In this document: piece by piece, positions 1 through 12,769 of the stretch
Layout of the letters: every line of letters starts with the position of its first letter
Numbering within the stretch: the stretch's first letter is position 1
NCBI RefSeq assembly: GCF_009834535.1
Contig: NC_045697.1
Coordinates: forward strand, 50,284,001-50,348,000
Direction: 5' to 3'
DNA length: 64,000 bases
Source: Camelus ferus
Taxonomy: Eukaryota
Notes under the pieces: generated by a model
The model's input: the letters and a program-made list of their open reading frames with translations, nothing else
Databases searched by the model: none
What the model was told of the DNA's origin: nothing
Position numbers and translations under genes: made by a program

Positions 1-44
1 TCTCTGGATTGCCCATTCTGTGTCTCTAGAGTGATATTTTTGGG

Positions 45-220
45 GGACCATCCATATAAGAAATCATCAGCATTTGTTGAAAATTAAAATTTCTCACCTT
101 GACCCTTCAGAATGAGCCTTTTGGGGGTGAGAAAAAGAGGGGAGGGGAGGAGATCTGCATTTTTAGCAATCGTCCCCACTGAATTCTGATCATGCTAAAA
201 TGTTTGACAAATACTGGTCT
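45..220. mobile_element. MER5-like hAT-Charlie MITE remnant
   Basis: Contains 'atctgcatttttagcaa...cccc..tgaattctgat..tgctaaaatgtttga..aatactggtct', which resembles the recalled MER5A consensus. Boundaries approximate. Confidence 0.6.
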
Positions 221-479
221 GGGTCCTTGGAGCTAAATGAATTCTAGGTGGGGAGGCTGGTAAATTCACTCAAGAATCACGTTTTCCAAAAAATGTGTCA
301 ATTATAGGAACACAAAAAAAGGGCTGGATAGAGACACACATGGCATGTTTTTGAGTGGAAAGAATTAGTACTGTAGAGATGTTGTCTTTTCCCAAACTTA
401 CGGCAATTCAAATCAAAATCACAGTGTTTTAACCTGGGAAGCTTATATTTAGTTTCTTCTGGAGAAAAACGATGAATGA

Positions 480-650
480 GAATAACCAAGAAAAATTTGA
501 AAAACATAGTAACAAGGGAGGACTTGACCTTTCATGTTGTGAAATATATTGTAAGTCCATTGTGAGTAACAATCTGGAACTGGCACAACAATAGATCAGT
601 AGGACAGAAGTTAAGGATTCAGAAATAGATCCTACTTACACATGAAAACT
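480..650 (+). mobile_element. Old L1 ORF2 fragment (degenerate)
   Basis: 'ggaggacttgacc...aatatattgtaag...ctggaactggcacaacaatagatcagtaggacagaagt...tcagaaatagatcc' resembles the L1 ORF2 GGL...YYKA...WYWH...DQWNRIE.PEIDP segment. Confidence 0.55.
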
Positions 651-871
651 TTCCTCCCGTGTTTTGTCACTGTTAATCACGAGCTCATCTTCAGTGGACG
701 CTGTTTTCCAGTATAGTCCTCAGAGTTTCTGGACTGTAACTGGTTGAGCTGAGATGGAAACTAAGGTCATCTAACTCTAAAGCCCAAGTAACTAACCACC
801 ACATAACAGAATCTCCCCAATAAATATGTGAGATTAGCTAGGAGCGAAATGAATTGTAGAAGAGGAGGCTG

Positions 872-940
872 GTGAATTCATTCGTTCATTCAACAAATAT
901 TTACCGAGTACTTCAAATGTGCCAAGTTCTGTTCTAAGAA
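872..940 (-). mobile_element. L2 3' end fragment
   Basis: 'cattcgttcattcaacaaatatttaccgagtac...tgtgccaag..ctgttctaag' is the typical reverse complement of an L2 3' end. Confidence 0.7.
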
Positions 941-949
941 TTCTGACAG

Positions 950-2885
950 ATGAATCGCATTATTTTACTTATTGTAGCTCTGTAATGTATTTTAATATCT
1001 AGTAGACTAAACTTTTTTAATTACCTTTCTATTCTAAAATAGTCTTAGCTAACTTTTGAGAATGGCATATTGTAGGAATTTTTTTTTATGGATAACAAAT
1101 TGTTTTAGTCTGATTATTGAAATATCTTTCCTTCCCCCCAGTGCTTGAAATGTCACCTATATCATATACCAAATTTCCATATATATGTTGGGGCTCTTTC
1201 TAGTTTCTCTCCTCTTTTCCATTGCCTACATGGTTCATCTCTGAGATGATATTATATTGTCTTAATTACTATAGCTCGCTACAAGTTCTTGCTTCCAATA
1301 GAGCAAATCTCCTAACTTTGAAATTTGGTTGGCTCTCCTTGGTCTTCTGTATTTTTTTTCTATGTGACTATTTAATATGAGCTTATCAAATTTGATAAAT
1401 AATCTTCTTGGTATTTTGATTGGAATTTTTGGAATTAGATTAAATTAAAGATAAATGGCATCATTACTACAAAGAGGTGTTTTATTCATAAACATGTAAT
1501 AGCTCTTCATTTTTTTTAGGTCTTCTTTTTTGTCCTTCAATAAAAATTTTAGTTATCAGCATATATGTCTGCACTTAGATAAATTACTGTGTATCTTATG
1601 TTTTCCTTGTTTTTTTGAATAAGATTTTTCAATTAAATATTATTCTTCTAATTTTTACATGTTGATATTGCTTCTAGCATTCTTGTAAACTCTTAATAAT
1701 TTAAAAAATATTTGTAAATGTTTTAAAATTTCTATATAGAAAATGATACGATCTGCAAATAATTGTAGTTTTGCTTTCTTCTTCCCAAAATTTATAACTT
1801 TATTTTCTGCTTACTTGATTAGCCAGAACCTCCATTACAATGCTAAACAGAAATGGTGAACATTTCTATTTTAATGGGATGTTTGTTATGTTATACTATT
1901 AAAAATGATACTTGCTGAAGGTTTCTGGTAGATACTCTATAACAGGTTAAGGAAGTTTCCTTCTATTCTTGTTTTGGTATAAAAGCCTTAAAATTATTTT
2001 TATCATGAATATGTATTTATGGTTATCAAAATGTTTTCTGCCTCTGTTGAAATTATTACATAGTTTTTCTTCTTTAATCTATTGGTGTGATAACTTACAT
2101 TTTATTGATTTTCTTATCTTAAATTATCTTTTCTTTCCAGGGACAAACTATACCTGTTGATGGTACACAATCTTTTTTATGCATAGCTGGATTTGGCTTT
2201 ACACTACTTTGTTAAGAAATTTTGCATCTCTTTTCACAGACCAAGTTAGCTAGTAGTTTTATTTGTTTGTTCCCTTACCTCTGCTTTGATTTAGTATCGT
2301 GGTTATACTGCTTCTTTAAATGAGCTGGGGAGTGTGTTCTTTTTCTTTCCATTCATTAGAAAAGTAAAGGGTTTAAAATTTTTTATCATATAAAGTTGGG
2401 TAAAACACACGTATAAACTGGGATGGATGTTGTCTGTGGAAAGTTTTTTTAAAAAATAATTTTAGAATTTTTCGGTCTATTTCTTTTGAACCAATTTTAA
2501 GAGGAATATATACTTTTTCCTCTGTCTTAAAATTTTTAATGAAATATAGTTGGTTTACAATGTGTTATTTTCTGGTAAACAGCATAGTGGTTCAGTTATA
2601 CATATATATAATCCTTTTCATACTCTTTTTCATTACAGGCTGTTACAAGGCATTGACTACAGTTCCCTGTGCTGTGCAGTAGGTCCTTGCTGTGTATCTG
2701 TTTTACATGTAGTAGGGTGTATCTGCTAATCCCTCTGTCTTCAGTGCTCATCAGTTTCACCACAATATGTCTAAGTGTAAACTTGTTTTTATGTGTCCCA
2801 CTGGGTAATATATTAAGTTTCTTTTATTTATGGATTTGTGTTTTTAATACTACTTGAATATTCTCAGCTATTATGTCTTCAAATT
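950..2885 (-). mobile_element. Old L1M-type LINE-1, antisense and heavily diverged, interrupted by a younger L1 tail at 2529-2731
   Basis: T-rich + strand with antisense ORF2 hallmarks: 'ggtattttgattggaatt', 'atctgcaaataattgtagtttt', 'gccagaacctccattacaatgctaaacag', 'aggttaaggaagtttccttctattc', 'aaatgagctggggagtg'. Confidence 0.75.
2529..2731 (-). mobile_element. Short 5'-truncated L1 3' UTR (cetartiodactyl/camelid type) with 10-bp TSD
   Basis: Body reads 'tttttaatgaaatatagttggtttacaatgtg...cagcatagtggttcagttata...gttccctgtgctgtgcagtaggtccttg'. Direct repeat cctctgtctt at 2519-2528 and 2732-2741. Confidence 0.85.
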
Positions 2886-5800
2886 GTGAAAATGGAAGAC
2901 AGACATCCAGACTCATTCTACATGATATTAGCAGATGAATTAAGTGAAAGGCAAGTACCTGTGTTTATGCCAGGTGACATAAGCAGAGGAGTCCCTCTGG
3001 CAGCCAGTGCAGCGGCGGCAGTAGTAATCACGAAGAGAATTCTGGGGCACTTGCATATTGGTTTTAGAGTCAGAGCCATGAGATTCAATTTTCCCTTCCC
3101 ATGAGAAGAATTTCCCATTTCTGCCAAGGGTGGATGGTTTACCATTTATTGTATTAAGGGGTATACTGTAATAAATCTAAAAGTGTAGTTCCTCAGATGA
3201 CAGTTAATTTGATTATTGATTTTACTTTTCTAGTTGTAATTTAAAATCTGATCAACTGGAAATGTAGTGTCCTGTAACTCCACTTGTCCACTTAAAAATA
3301 TATTTTTTAAACTAGCTTGTTAAGTATCTTGTATATACATTTATTGGCCAAACATATGATTTACTTCCTGTTTGTTTCTTTTGTCTGTTTTCTCAGCTTA
3401 GTGATTTGTAGAATACACACATATACCCTGAATCTTGAATTTTTTCCCTTCTTATATATGATGCTCTTTTCGTGAATGGTGACTTTTCAAAGTACATTCA
3501 TAATTTTTCTTGCTGATAAATTTCACCTCCTCGTACCATCACATTATATTCTTAACTTTAGTTTTTGGAGCTAAAAACTGTTGAACCTGAAGAATTCAAG
3601 TACCTTTTCATTATTTTCTTTCATTGAAAAGGAGGCAAAACCTTGTGAATGGATCCTATTAAAGACATGGTTAAAAAAGCAAATACTCTGTTAAAATTAA
3701 GTACTATCTATATAATATGACATTGATATAGCATACACATTATCAGAAAAAAAAAACCTTAAGGTTAAGAAAAAAGATAAAAATTACCCAGACAATTAAC
3801 AAGTACTGCTGTCACATGAAACTTCTTTTTTAAAATGTGGGAGTCAACTTCCTTCTCCACAACTTTTTACTTTCGAACTTCTGAGCTCAGTTCCAGGTCA
3901 AGACAGGTAGTAATATTGCTATTATTTCCAAGCATCTCTGACAGCAAATAGATTTTTTCCTGCCAACTCTTTTCCTTGACGTTTGAAGTCTATTCAGGAG
4001 GGGAAGATGTTTATCAAACACCAGTAAATGTAAAGTTTATAATTATACCTCTCTTTTTCCTCATGGGTCTTCCAATGCCTGAACCAAGACCTGTACATAG
4101 TAGGTATTCAAAAATGTATTTGACAATAGAAATGGAAAAACAAGAGAAAGCCAGAAAAAAAATGATACTGAATTATCCTTTTCTATTTAAAACAAAACAG
4201 CTGAGTCCTTCAGAGGCATAAAGACGTCTTGCCTTCCAGTTTGAGACTGATGCTGTGTTGTCTCTCCTCAGAGGTGGTCTCATCCTGAGACGTGCCCTGA
4301 GTGGTAGGACAGAAGCCAGACTGCCTGCATCCAAACCGGATGGTTCACCTAGAGTATAGTTATTGATTTGTGATTATACACCCTGAAATGTAAAATATAA
4401 TAACTGCTAAGTTTTTCTTTTTTGCTTCTACTGTATTTCATGGAAGGAGAATACCAGAGTTTGTTTGGGGGCAAATTGTGATCTATGATGCGATTGACTT
4501 CAAGTTATTTTTAAATGAGAAGGAGAGTAAAATGTATAGATTGCTTGTTTTTCTCACTTTTTATTTATCTTCAAAGACACAATCCAGAGAACAAATTAAG
4601 CATTTCATATGCTTGCAGAAACAATAGCTAATTGCTTGGCTCTAAGATGCAAAATAGAGGCAAGATGCCACCACTCTTCCTTCTTGTTCATGGTGGGGGC
4701 AAGGAGCGACTTTTCCTGAAGTCCAGATGCAACCTCAGTATAACATTCTTAGCATCAGTGCCACTTGGTCAGAAGGGATGTTCAATTAAACATACTTGCT
4801 GGCTCCAGCTTAAGCAGTAATATGTATGTAAGTAAAGACTGAGGATGTAAGTAGAGAACAGAGCACGTATCTTACAGGTTTTGTATCCTTAGCTGAGTTA
4901 GTAGGAAGCATTTAATGAAAATCTGAAAACTCTATATGAAGAATTCATTGAAATTTTTTTCTAGCTTTAGTCTGCTGCTTTAAGCTGACAGAACTAGAGT
5001 TCTGCCTTTGTTACCGTTACCTGTAATGATAAGTACCTTTTTGGAGGTGAGCTTGGGTTTCTCATAGTCTCATTCTAAAGAGGTAGTAGGCATTATACAA
5101 TTTAGCACCTCTGTTTCTTCCTGGAACTTGTTTTTAAAAAGGAGAGCATAGTTGCTTGAGACTATGAACTAGGAGGTGAAGTGGCTCATGAAGCTAGTAA
5201 CAGTCAAGAGGGGAGGGCTTCTGACTCATCTTACAGTTGCCCCTGGAATGAGCTGATGGAGAGGGAAGGAACACACAGAAGGAGGCCATGTGTCAATGTC
5301 AGCAGGGGTGGGACTGGGATCTTATCACCCAGACAGCGGTTTGGTGATGAGGTCACAGGTCTGCGTGGCCAAATCGTATATATAATCTTGGTGATTTACC
5401 CAAACTCATATGAGTTAATGACCAGACAATAGCTGAGGTCTTCCGGGAAAAAAATGGGAGGGTGAGCTCACAAAATCCACACTCTGACAGCACCCTCTCC
5501 TCAGGGTCCCCCCAGGGTACCCAAAGCCTGTAAGTGAGTACGGTTGCCACCTATGAGTCAGAGGCTTTAGATCAGGGTTGGGAGTTTACTCCCACCTCGG
5601 CCCCGCCCTTACCGTATTACAGCAGTCACTCACCTTGTAAATTATGCTACTTTATTTTATCTTGTCCCCTAAAGGCAAACTTATTTAAAATATTAAGTTC
5701 TGGGTGAACAATATCTTGTCTTTGATCTCTCCATCCCCCTGGAGTATTGAATCAGTCCTGACTAATGACTGATTTTGTGTGCCCAGTATCTCAGGATAGT

Positions 5801-6831
5801 TTTCAGTGCCAGGGTTTTATTTCTTAGATGTGAGAACTGATCATTTCAAACCCTGGAAGGGGTGAGGGTTGAAGCTGGGGGTGGGGTCTCCCATGCCCAT
5901 CCCTGGCCCCAGTTGCCTGAGAGCCCTGCCCTGCATCTCAGGTGCGGACTCTGCCTGCTTGGCGGTCTTCCTCTCTCCAAGCCTTTGGTGAGATTGTGCG
6001 TCTGGGGCCATGTGCAAGCTGAGCTGCACTGGGGTGCTATCTCGGCCTGGGCAGGACATCCTTGGGCACAGGCTAGATGGAGGACTCACTGTCTGTGCCT
6101 GGACAAACTGCAGTTGTTCACCTGGACTCTTATGCCACTCTTTCACTATTTCTTAAGAAAGTTCAAAATTTGGGTGATAATGATCATGGTTTTCCACATA
6201 CTAGAGAAATGAATACCATACAGTAAAGGCATAGAGAAATACCTCAATGGACAAGACATGGAACTAGGAAACCCTAGGGAGAGCCGTGGTGCTCTTGTTT
6301 AGAGTGCCTCTCTCTGGGTCACCCACTTCTGTCTCACAGCCCTGTCAATAGCATTGGTGCCTGCTCACCTCTAAGTAGGTTTAGGTGGTCCTAAGAATGT
6401 GGGGTTTCCTCTAACAAATGGAGGGACATGGGGAGAATAGAGGTTGTGCATTGTTTGATGTTCGTGGAGTCAGAGTCCATACCAAGGTGATGCTACCGAA
6501 GCAGAGACTACAGGGGAAGTGAGGGGAGTGCTGCTCCACCCAGTGGTCTCAGAGCTTTGACGAACATTTGCAGTGGTTCAAAAATTTAGCTCAGAGGAAT
6601 TTTGAGGGATAAAGGTCAAAATGATTTTATTATGTCAGGCCCTTTCCTCAGACATGCTTAGAAGTTTTGAGCACGTGTGTCTTACTAGGATTTGCATTCC
6701 TAGTGTCTAGTGCAGTATGTGATAGGAAATGGGTTTGCAACATATTCGTGCAGAGTGAATGAAGTACTTTCGAAGGTTTCAGACTTCTACTATCTCCTCA
6801 TCAAATGGTACTTTGATCTAGCTCTCAAGAT

Positions 6832-6930
6832 GAAGAGAAAGAGGGAGAGAGAAAGAGGGAGAGTGAAAGGGAAAGGGAGAGGAAGAAGGAGAAGGATGAG
6901 AGAAAGAGAGAGAAGGGGGAAAGAGAGAGA
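6832..6930. repeat. GA-rich polypurine low-complexity tract
   Basis: About 99 bp of A/G with only two T interruptions. Confidence 0.95.
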
Positions 6931-6983
6931 TTGATTTATGAGAGTCATTGATGGTAAGGTGTCAATAGCCTAATGGATCATCC

Positions 6984-7865
6984 TTTTTTTTAAAAAATTG
7001 AAGTATAGCTGATGTACAACATTAGTTACAAGTGTACAATATAGTGATCCATAACTTTAAAGATTATATTCCATTTATAGTTATTATAAAATATTGGCTA
7101 TATTCCCTGTATTGTACAGTATATCCTTGTAGCTTATTTCATACATAATAGTTTGTACTTCTCAATCCCTTACCCCTATGTGGCCCCTCCCCCACACTAG
7201 TAATCACTAATTTGTTCTCTGTATCAGTGAGTCTGTTTCTTTTTTGTTATATTCAGTAGTTTGTTGTATTTCTTATAGTCCTCATATAAGTGATATCATA
7301 CAGTATTTGTCTTTCTCTGTCTGACTCATTTCACTTAGCATAATACCCTCCAAGTTCATCCATGTTGTTGTAAATGGCAGAATTTCATTCTTTTTTATGG
7401 CTGAGTAGTATTCCATCGTATACATACACCACATTTTCCTTATCTGTTCATTGTGTTGGTGGACATTTAGGTTGCTTCCATATGTTGGCAAATGTAAATA
7501 ATGTTAATATGAACATTAAGGTGCATGGAATTGCTGGATCATATGGTAGTTCTGATTTTAATTCTTTCAAGGAATCACCATACTGTTTTCTACAGTGGCT
7601 GCACTAATTTGTATTCCTACTGACAATGTATGAGGATTTCCCTTACTTCATATCCTTGCCAACATTTTTTATTTGTGTTCTTTTTGATGATAGCCACTCT
7701 GACAGGTATGAGGTTTCGATTTACATTTCCCTGATGATTAGCAATGTTGAGCATCTTTTCATGGACCTGTTGGCCATCTGCATCTCCTCTTTGGAAAAAT
7801 GTCTATTCATGTATTCTGCCCATTTTTTGATAAGCTTGTTTGTTTTTTTGATGTTGAGTTGTATA
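6984..7865 (-). mobile_element. 5'-truncated L1: 3' UTR plus degenerate ORF2 C-terminus
   Basis: Starts with a T-run then 'attgaagtatagctgatgtacaac'. ORF 7282..7491(-) encodes KMWCMYTMEYYSAIKKNEILPFTTTWMNLEGIMLSEMSQTEKDKYCMISLI, the canonical L1 ORF2 C-terminus. Confidence 0.92.
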
Positions 7866-8974
7866 ATCTCTTTCCAGAGGTCTCTTTCCAGAACTATAAA
7901 CTTGAGAAATATATTCGTAATAGAAGAATTTCCAGCAGAAGAAAGAAACTGGAGGGTAAGACATCCTTTTTAATAGGGAAGGGGGCAGCAGGACAAAAGG
8001 GGTCTCCTCTGCCTCTCTAACAATTCTTTAACATATGACTGCTTGTTCTGCTTCTGCTCAAGTCACATGGCAAATTCACATTCTCTAACCATTGCCTTGT
8101 TCTTTATCTTGATAAGGCAAAATAATTTTTATTTCCTAAAAGAGAAATCTTTTTCTAGTTGCTTTAGCTTACTTGAATTTCCTATCTTTTATTCTATGAT
8201 TCCAGTATTCAAAACTTGTTTCTCATCTTGAAATGAAGGAAAATTTTTAATCTTAAAGATTAGGCTTGATGGAGCTTGCAGAGTGTAAGCATGAAAAGAG
8301 GAAAGAACAAGCAAACCAGAACATGACAGATTCCCATAAGCCTCTCTGAGAAATGCAGGAGTCATATGCCCAATTGCAAAATCAACACTATCTTTAAATA
8401 TGCAGAAGGATGATAACACGAAGTATGAGCCTGCCCAAAAACCACAAGCCCTGGAACAGGTTCAAAACAAACACAGACAGGAAACCACCCGCCCAGGCTT
8501 GGAGAGGTTAGGTGCTCCTGAGCAAGTCAGCTCTCCTGGGTGAGTCTGACTAGTGACTCTGACCTTAGGACTGGGAAAAAGAGTTATGTGTATCCAAAAA
8601 CACTTTAGAAAAACAGTGGTGACATAAAAGATATTATAACTTAGAAGTTTAAAATAATTCTAATATTTTACTATTTTTCCAGGGACCCAAATTCCTTAAT
8701 GGATTTAGTTATTTACTTAGCTATATTGCCAGAAACAAATTCTGGTAAAACTTTTTTTAATATAGGTTATAGGTTACAATTAAGATCTGTCTTTTATTTA
8801 AACATGGGAAAGTTTTAGTTAAATTGTTACTATTGTCCTCTAATACTCACACTTTAATTCGATTTTATGATATATCGTTGGATGGTGTAGACTGATTTTC
8901 ACACTACTTCACCACCACCACCCCTGCTGCTACTACGTTGACTACTGCTACCACTATTATTACTGCTTCATCTA

Positions 8975-9165
8975 GATAACATGAATTAAACATTTAACAG
9001 ATGCCAGGTACTGTTCTAAGCATGTGATAGACTTTAACTGCAGTTTATCCAATAACAATCCTGAGTTCATATTATTATCATCTCCAATTTTTAGAAGAGG
9101 AAATGTAACCACAGAGAGATTAAGCAATTTTATTTGTAAGTGGCTGAGTTGGAATTACTGCAATA
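8975..9165 (-). mobile_element. MIR SINE, preceded by degenerate CTA/CCA low-complexity sequence (about 8900-8965)
   Basis: 'tgccaggtactgttctaagca...attattatcatctccaatttttagaagaggaaa...cacagagagattaagcaattt' is the reverse complement of the MIR core. Confidence 0.8.
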
Positions 9166-10129
9166 ACGTAGACTTTCAGTGGAGTAAAATTAATTTTTTG
9201 GAGATAAATTTTTTTTCTGAAAACCTTGTTGGATCTCGGAAGTAGTCATACAACATTTATTTACCTACTCAACTATGTATAAGGTATCTATCATATGACG
9301 GGCACTCTGCTGGGGACTGAAGCTATCAACACGTCATAGGTATCTGTCCTCATTCAAAGATGTACAAGGATGAATACTCTGGTTCTATTTGCACGTTCTT
9401 AAACCAGCTGTTTCTCTGTGATGACTCTTGGAGAAAGGTTTGAGCAGCAGTTTCCTCCTAACCATTTCAGCTGTCTACTGACAGTATCACCTGAGTTGCT
9501 TTGTCTGTATTTTGCTTGTTCTTACATTTGCAGGAAAGCAGAATATCTCTGTAGAAAGATTCCCCTGCCTCATTTTTTTGTTAACAGAGCCATTTTGGCC
9601 AGATGTTCCTTCATGCCAATCAGTACCTGTCTAGTTGGACCTGGATGACAGTTTGACACCAAAGAATAGTCCCTTTAAGAATGTGTTTATAGATCCAGAG
9701 CTTCCTTGTACACAGTCCCTCAGTTCAGCCCGGAAGAAGGCACACAATTGATTAACAGGTTAACTTTCTCATCAGGAACATTCCATGCCTCCCTTCTAAA
9801 CTGAAGAAGTCCCAGGTAAGCTAACAGAAAACTCTGTGTTGAATCTCTACACCAGCTCTCTTTGTCTTTGGTACTATGCAGAGTGCCAGGTTCTGTTCCT
9901 CGGCCCAGTGTTCTTGGAAATTGAGGGTTAAGTTTTAAACTCTAAATACTGAGTGCATATCTCATAACATAATATAAAATGCCCTTACACATTGTCTTGG
10001 TTTTGGTTCTTCCAGATAAAAATTTGAAGGATTTGAAGCTTGTTTGAGAAGTTTATCACTTTCCTATTGGCAGAATAATTCTGAGGAAAAAGCAGCTATT
10101 GCTGTATCTTGGGATATAGCAATAAGCAG

Positions 10130-10440
10130 ATATTTAGCTGAAGGATCTGCTGCACTGAGATGATTTGAGTCGGGCTCAGCTGGTCTTGGCTGGACTTGCT
10201 CACCTGTTAGGGGTTAACTGGCTGCCAGTTGATCTGCTCAGATGGGAAGACTGAGGTGACTTTGCCCTGGTCCATGAATCTCTCATCTTATTCCTGGGAC
10301 CAGAGACAGGGTGTGCCCTACTCATGAAGATGACAGAGGACAAGAGCAAACAGGAAAACATGGGTATGTTTTAGAGCCTCTGCTTTGGTCATGTTTGCTA
10401 ATCACTACGGCAAAGTCACAAAGCAGGTCCAGGAAGCAGA
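10130..10440 (-). mobile_element. MaLR LTR fragment (old MLT1, MLT1H-like)
   Basis: 'gggctcagctgg...ggctggacttgctcac...ctcatgaagatgacagaggacaagag...tttgctaa...ggcaaagtcaca' resembles antisense old MLT1. Confidence 0.6.
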
Positions 10441-10494
10441 TGTCGAGACTGCTGAGATGAAATTAAACATGTTAGGATTTCATTATGGAAAAAT

Positions 10495-10810
10495 AGCTGT
10501 GAGAGAGAATCGGGTGAAGCACCTGGAAACATTGGGCTAGCCATGGACCACAATGCAGGTCTGACCCCACTGAATGAGAGAGGGAAGAAAGCGGGTGGAA
10601 GTGTCCGAGACTGTCCTGCATTCTAAAAATACTTTGACAAGGCCACTGGGGAGTCCTCAAGCCAGAGATGGCCATCAGACCCAGGAATCCTGTGTCTCCT
10701 GAGAACAGTCAGTCATTGATTAGGAGCAGTGCCAAGGAGGCATTTCCTCAGTATGGATGTAGCAATGAGTTTTAAGAGCAGAGAAGCTGGGGGCTCGGGC
10801 CCGTGGTCAA
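10495..10810 (-). mobile_element. ERVL LTR16-like fragment
   Basis: 'gaccacaatgcaggtctgacccc...gaggga..aa...aggccactggggagtcctcaagccaga..tggccatcaga...cagtcattgattaggagcag' resembles the recalled LTR16 consensus. Confidence 0.65.
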
Positions 10811-10854
10811 TTTTACTTCATGTGGTTGGAAGCCTGTGAGGTATATTCTCATGA

Positions 10855-10995
10855 CTGCCACATAAGTCCAGCCTAGATTCAGAAGGTTAGAAAATACATT
10901 CTGCCTCTTTAATGAGAGAAATGGCAAAGTAACATAGCAGAGTATAGGTCCAGGGAAGGATAAAGATTTGGGACCATTAATAAAACCTACCATAG
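10855..10995 (-). mobile_element. MaLR MLT1 5' end fragment
   Basis: 'cagcctagattcagaaggttagaaaatacattctgcctctttaatgagagaaatggcaaagt...acctaccata' matches the antisense MLT1 start. Confidence 0.6.
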
Positions 10996-11229
10996 GAGGT
11001 GAGTGAAGTGCCAGCAGAGGAGTGAGGGGAGAGACACAAGGAAAGGAAGCAACCAATGAAGATGCACAACCACTGTGGAAGATCAGGCTTATGCCATTGA
11101 CAAAATTCTAGAAGCCAGTGTAAAACACCCATTGTAGAGCTATCCCAGCCAAAGGGAGAGACGGATGATAAGTATTTACAGCTCAGTTTGGATGGAATGT
11201 AGATTGGGATACAGGAATCATGGAAGATC

Positions 11230-11880
11230 AATGTCTAGCAAACATGGAGCTAGATAATAGAGGGTCTTAATGGCTGGGCTAAGACGTTTGACATTTATTG
11301 ATAGGCAGTAGTGGGAAGCATGTGAACATTTTTAAACATAATTAGGTTTTTATATAATCTGAAGGTCAAACTGGCAGTGGAGTAAGGATGGGTTGGACCA
11401 TGGAGACACAGGAGGAAAGGGAACCAGTTATGAGCAAATTATAAAACTCCAGGTAAGAATTTCAAGAATTTAAGTTAGAGTAGCATCGATGGAAATAGAT
11501 AAAGGTGGATTAAATAAACATCTTGGTATCGAAGAGGGAGATTTGGTGAATACTGATTCATTGTGGATAGCAAGGACTAGAAAAGTTGAAGATGATTGGA
11601 GGGGTGTCAGTCTGGGTGACTGAAGGAATGATGGGGCTCAGGATAGAAATGGTAATTAAATAATGAAAATTTATTCTTGGTGGAGGAGGACTAGTGATGT
11701 TAGATGCTTGGTTTGGTTTCACTCTTGTTGGGTTGATGTACTAACAGAACTGCCAGTAAGAGATTTTTGTAGGCAGCTGAGCAATCTGATTCTCAACTCA
11801 GATGAGAATCAGAGCCAAAGATGTAGAATTAGGAATCATTCCAATGGCACCAATGTCTGCAGGCAGACATGAGCAGGAAA
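11230..11880 (-). mobile_element. L2 LINE fragment
   Basis: 'ggctaagacgtttgacattt...ggagacacaggagg..agggaaccagtta...ctgggtgactgaaggaatgatgg...gtaggcagctg...gatgtagaattaggaatcatt'. Confidence 0.7.
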
Positions 11881-12164
11881 GAGGTGATATGGAAATGCCC
11901 TCACAGGCTTGCGGGTCATAATACTTCCTACATCTGACTCATCAAAGAAGAGATGACTTCCCTTCTTCTCAGGACCAGCTCAGCACTTTCCCCCATCTGA
12001 AGCTGGCCCATGTACAGGGAGCAATCCACACACAGCAGAGGACTGAGATAGAATGGATGAACTTAAAAGATTGGTCCTCTCTTCCATATAAGTCTCTATT
12101 AACTCCTGACCCTGATTGTTTTGCAGTTTTTATTCAGACATGCCTGTGCTTTTGTCTGTCTTCC

Positions 12165-12185
12165 TTTTTTTTTTTTTTTTTTTTT
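12165..12185. repeat. Poly(T) run of 21 bases
   Basis: Directly visible. Confidence 0.95.
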
Positions 12186-12769
12186 CTGGCTTACTTGCCA
12201 GAATTTGTCAACCCTGTTATGAATTTGTCTTTGAAAAATAATACAGACGCGAATGCTGGTTTTCTAATTAGTGTCAGAAGTGGAGGAAAAAAACACATAA
12301 GGTTTGTGAATAAGACTAAGATAAATTCTTCAAGGTAAGTGGTATTTGTACCTAAACCCTGTTTGAGACTATAAACCGAATGCAAATGCCAATGGAAATT
12401 CCCAAGTTTCCACCAGACAGGTTTAAATAGGACCGGGACAACACTGGGTCTTCTGATAGCTGATTCACAGCAGATGTTATAATCATTTGCAGTGTAGGAG
12501 GTAGTTCACGTCAAGGTCCCTAACAAAACTTGTTTGATGATCCACATCTTTCCTGCGTGCCTGGGAGACCTTCTCCTGCCCACACGCACAGCTATATCAC
12601 GCCACTTAAAGGAAATCTTTATTAAGTTCACAAACATGGCCAGACTAGACTCCACTCTAGGATTCTCCCACCATGGTTACAGGTTCTTTTCCGCTGAATG
12701 ATGTTCTGTCACTTACTCATGTTTGTGCTGTGTGTCAGCTTCCTTCCCAAACAATTATGTGCTTGTTAA

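Noticed and set aside
6710..6934. ORF with an Arg/Glu/Gly-rich basic tail
   Set aside because: Translation of the GA-rich low-complexity tract.
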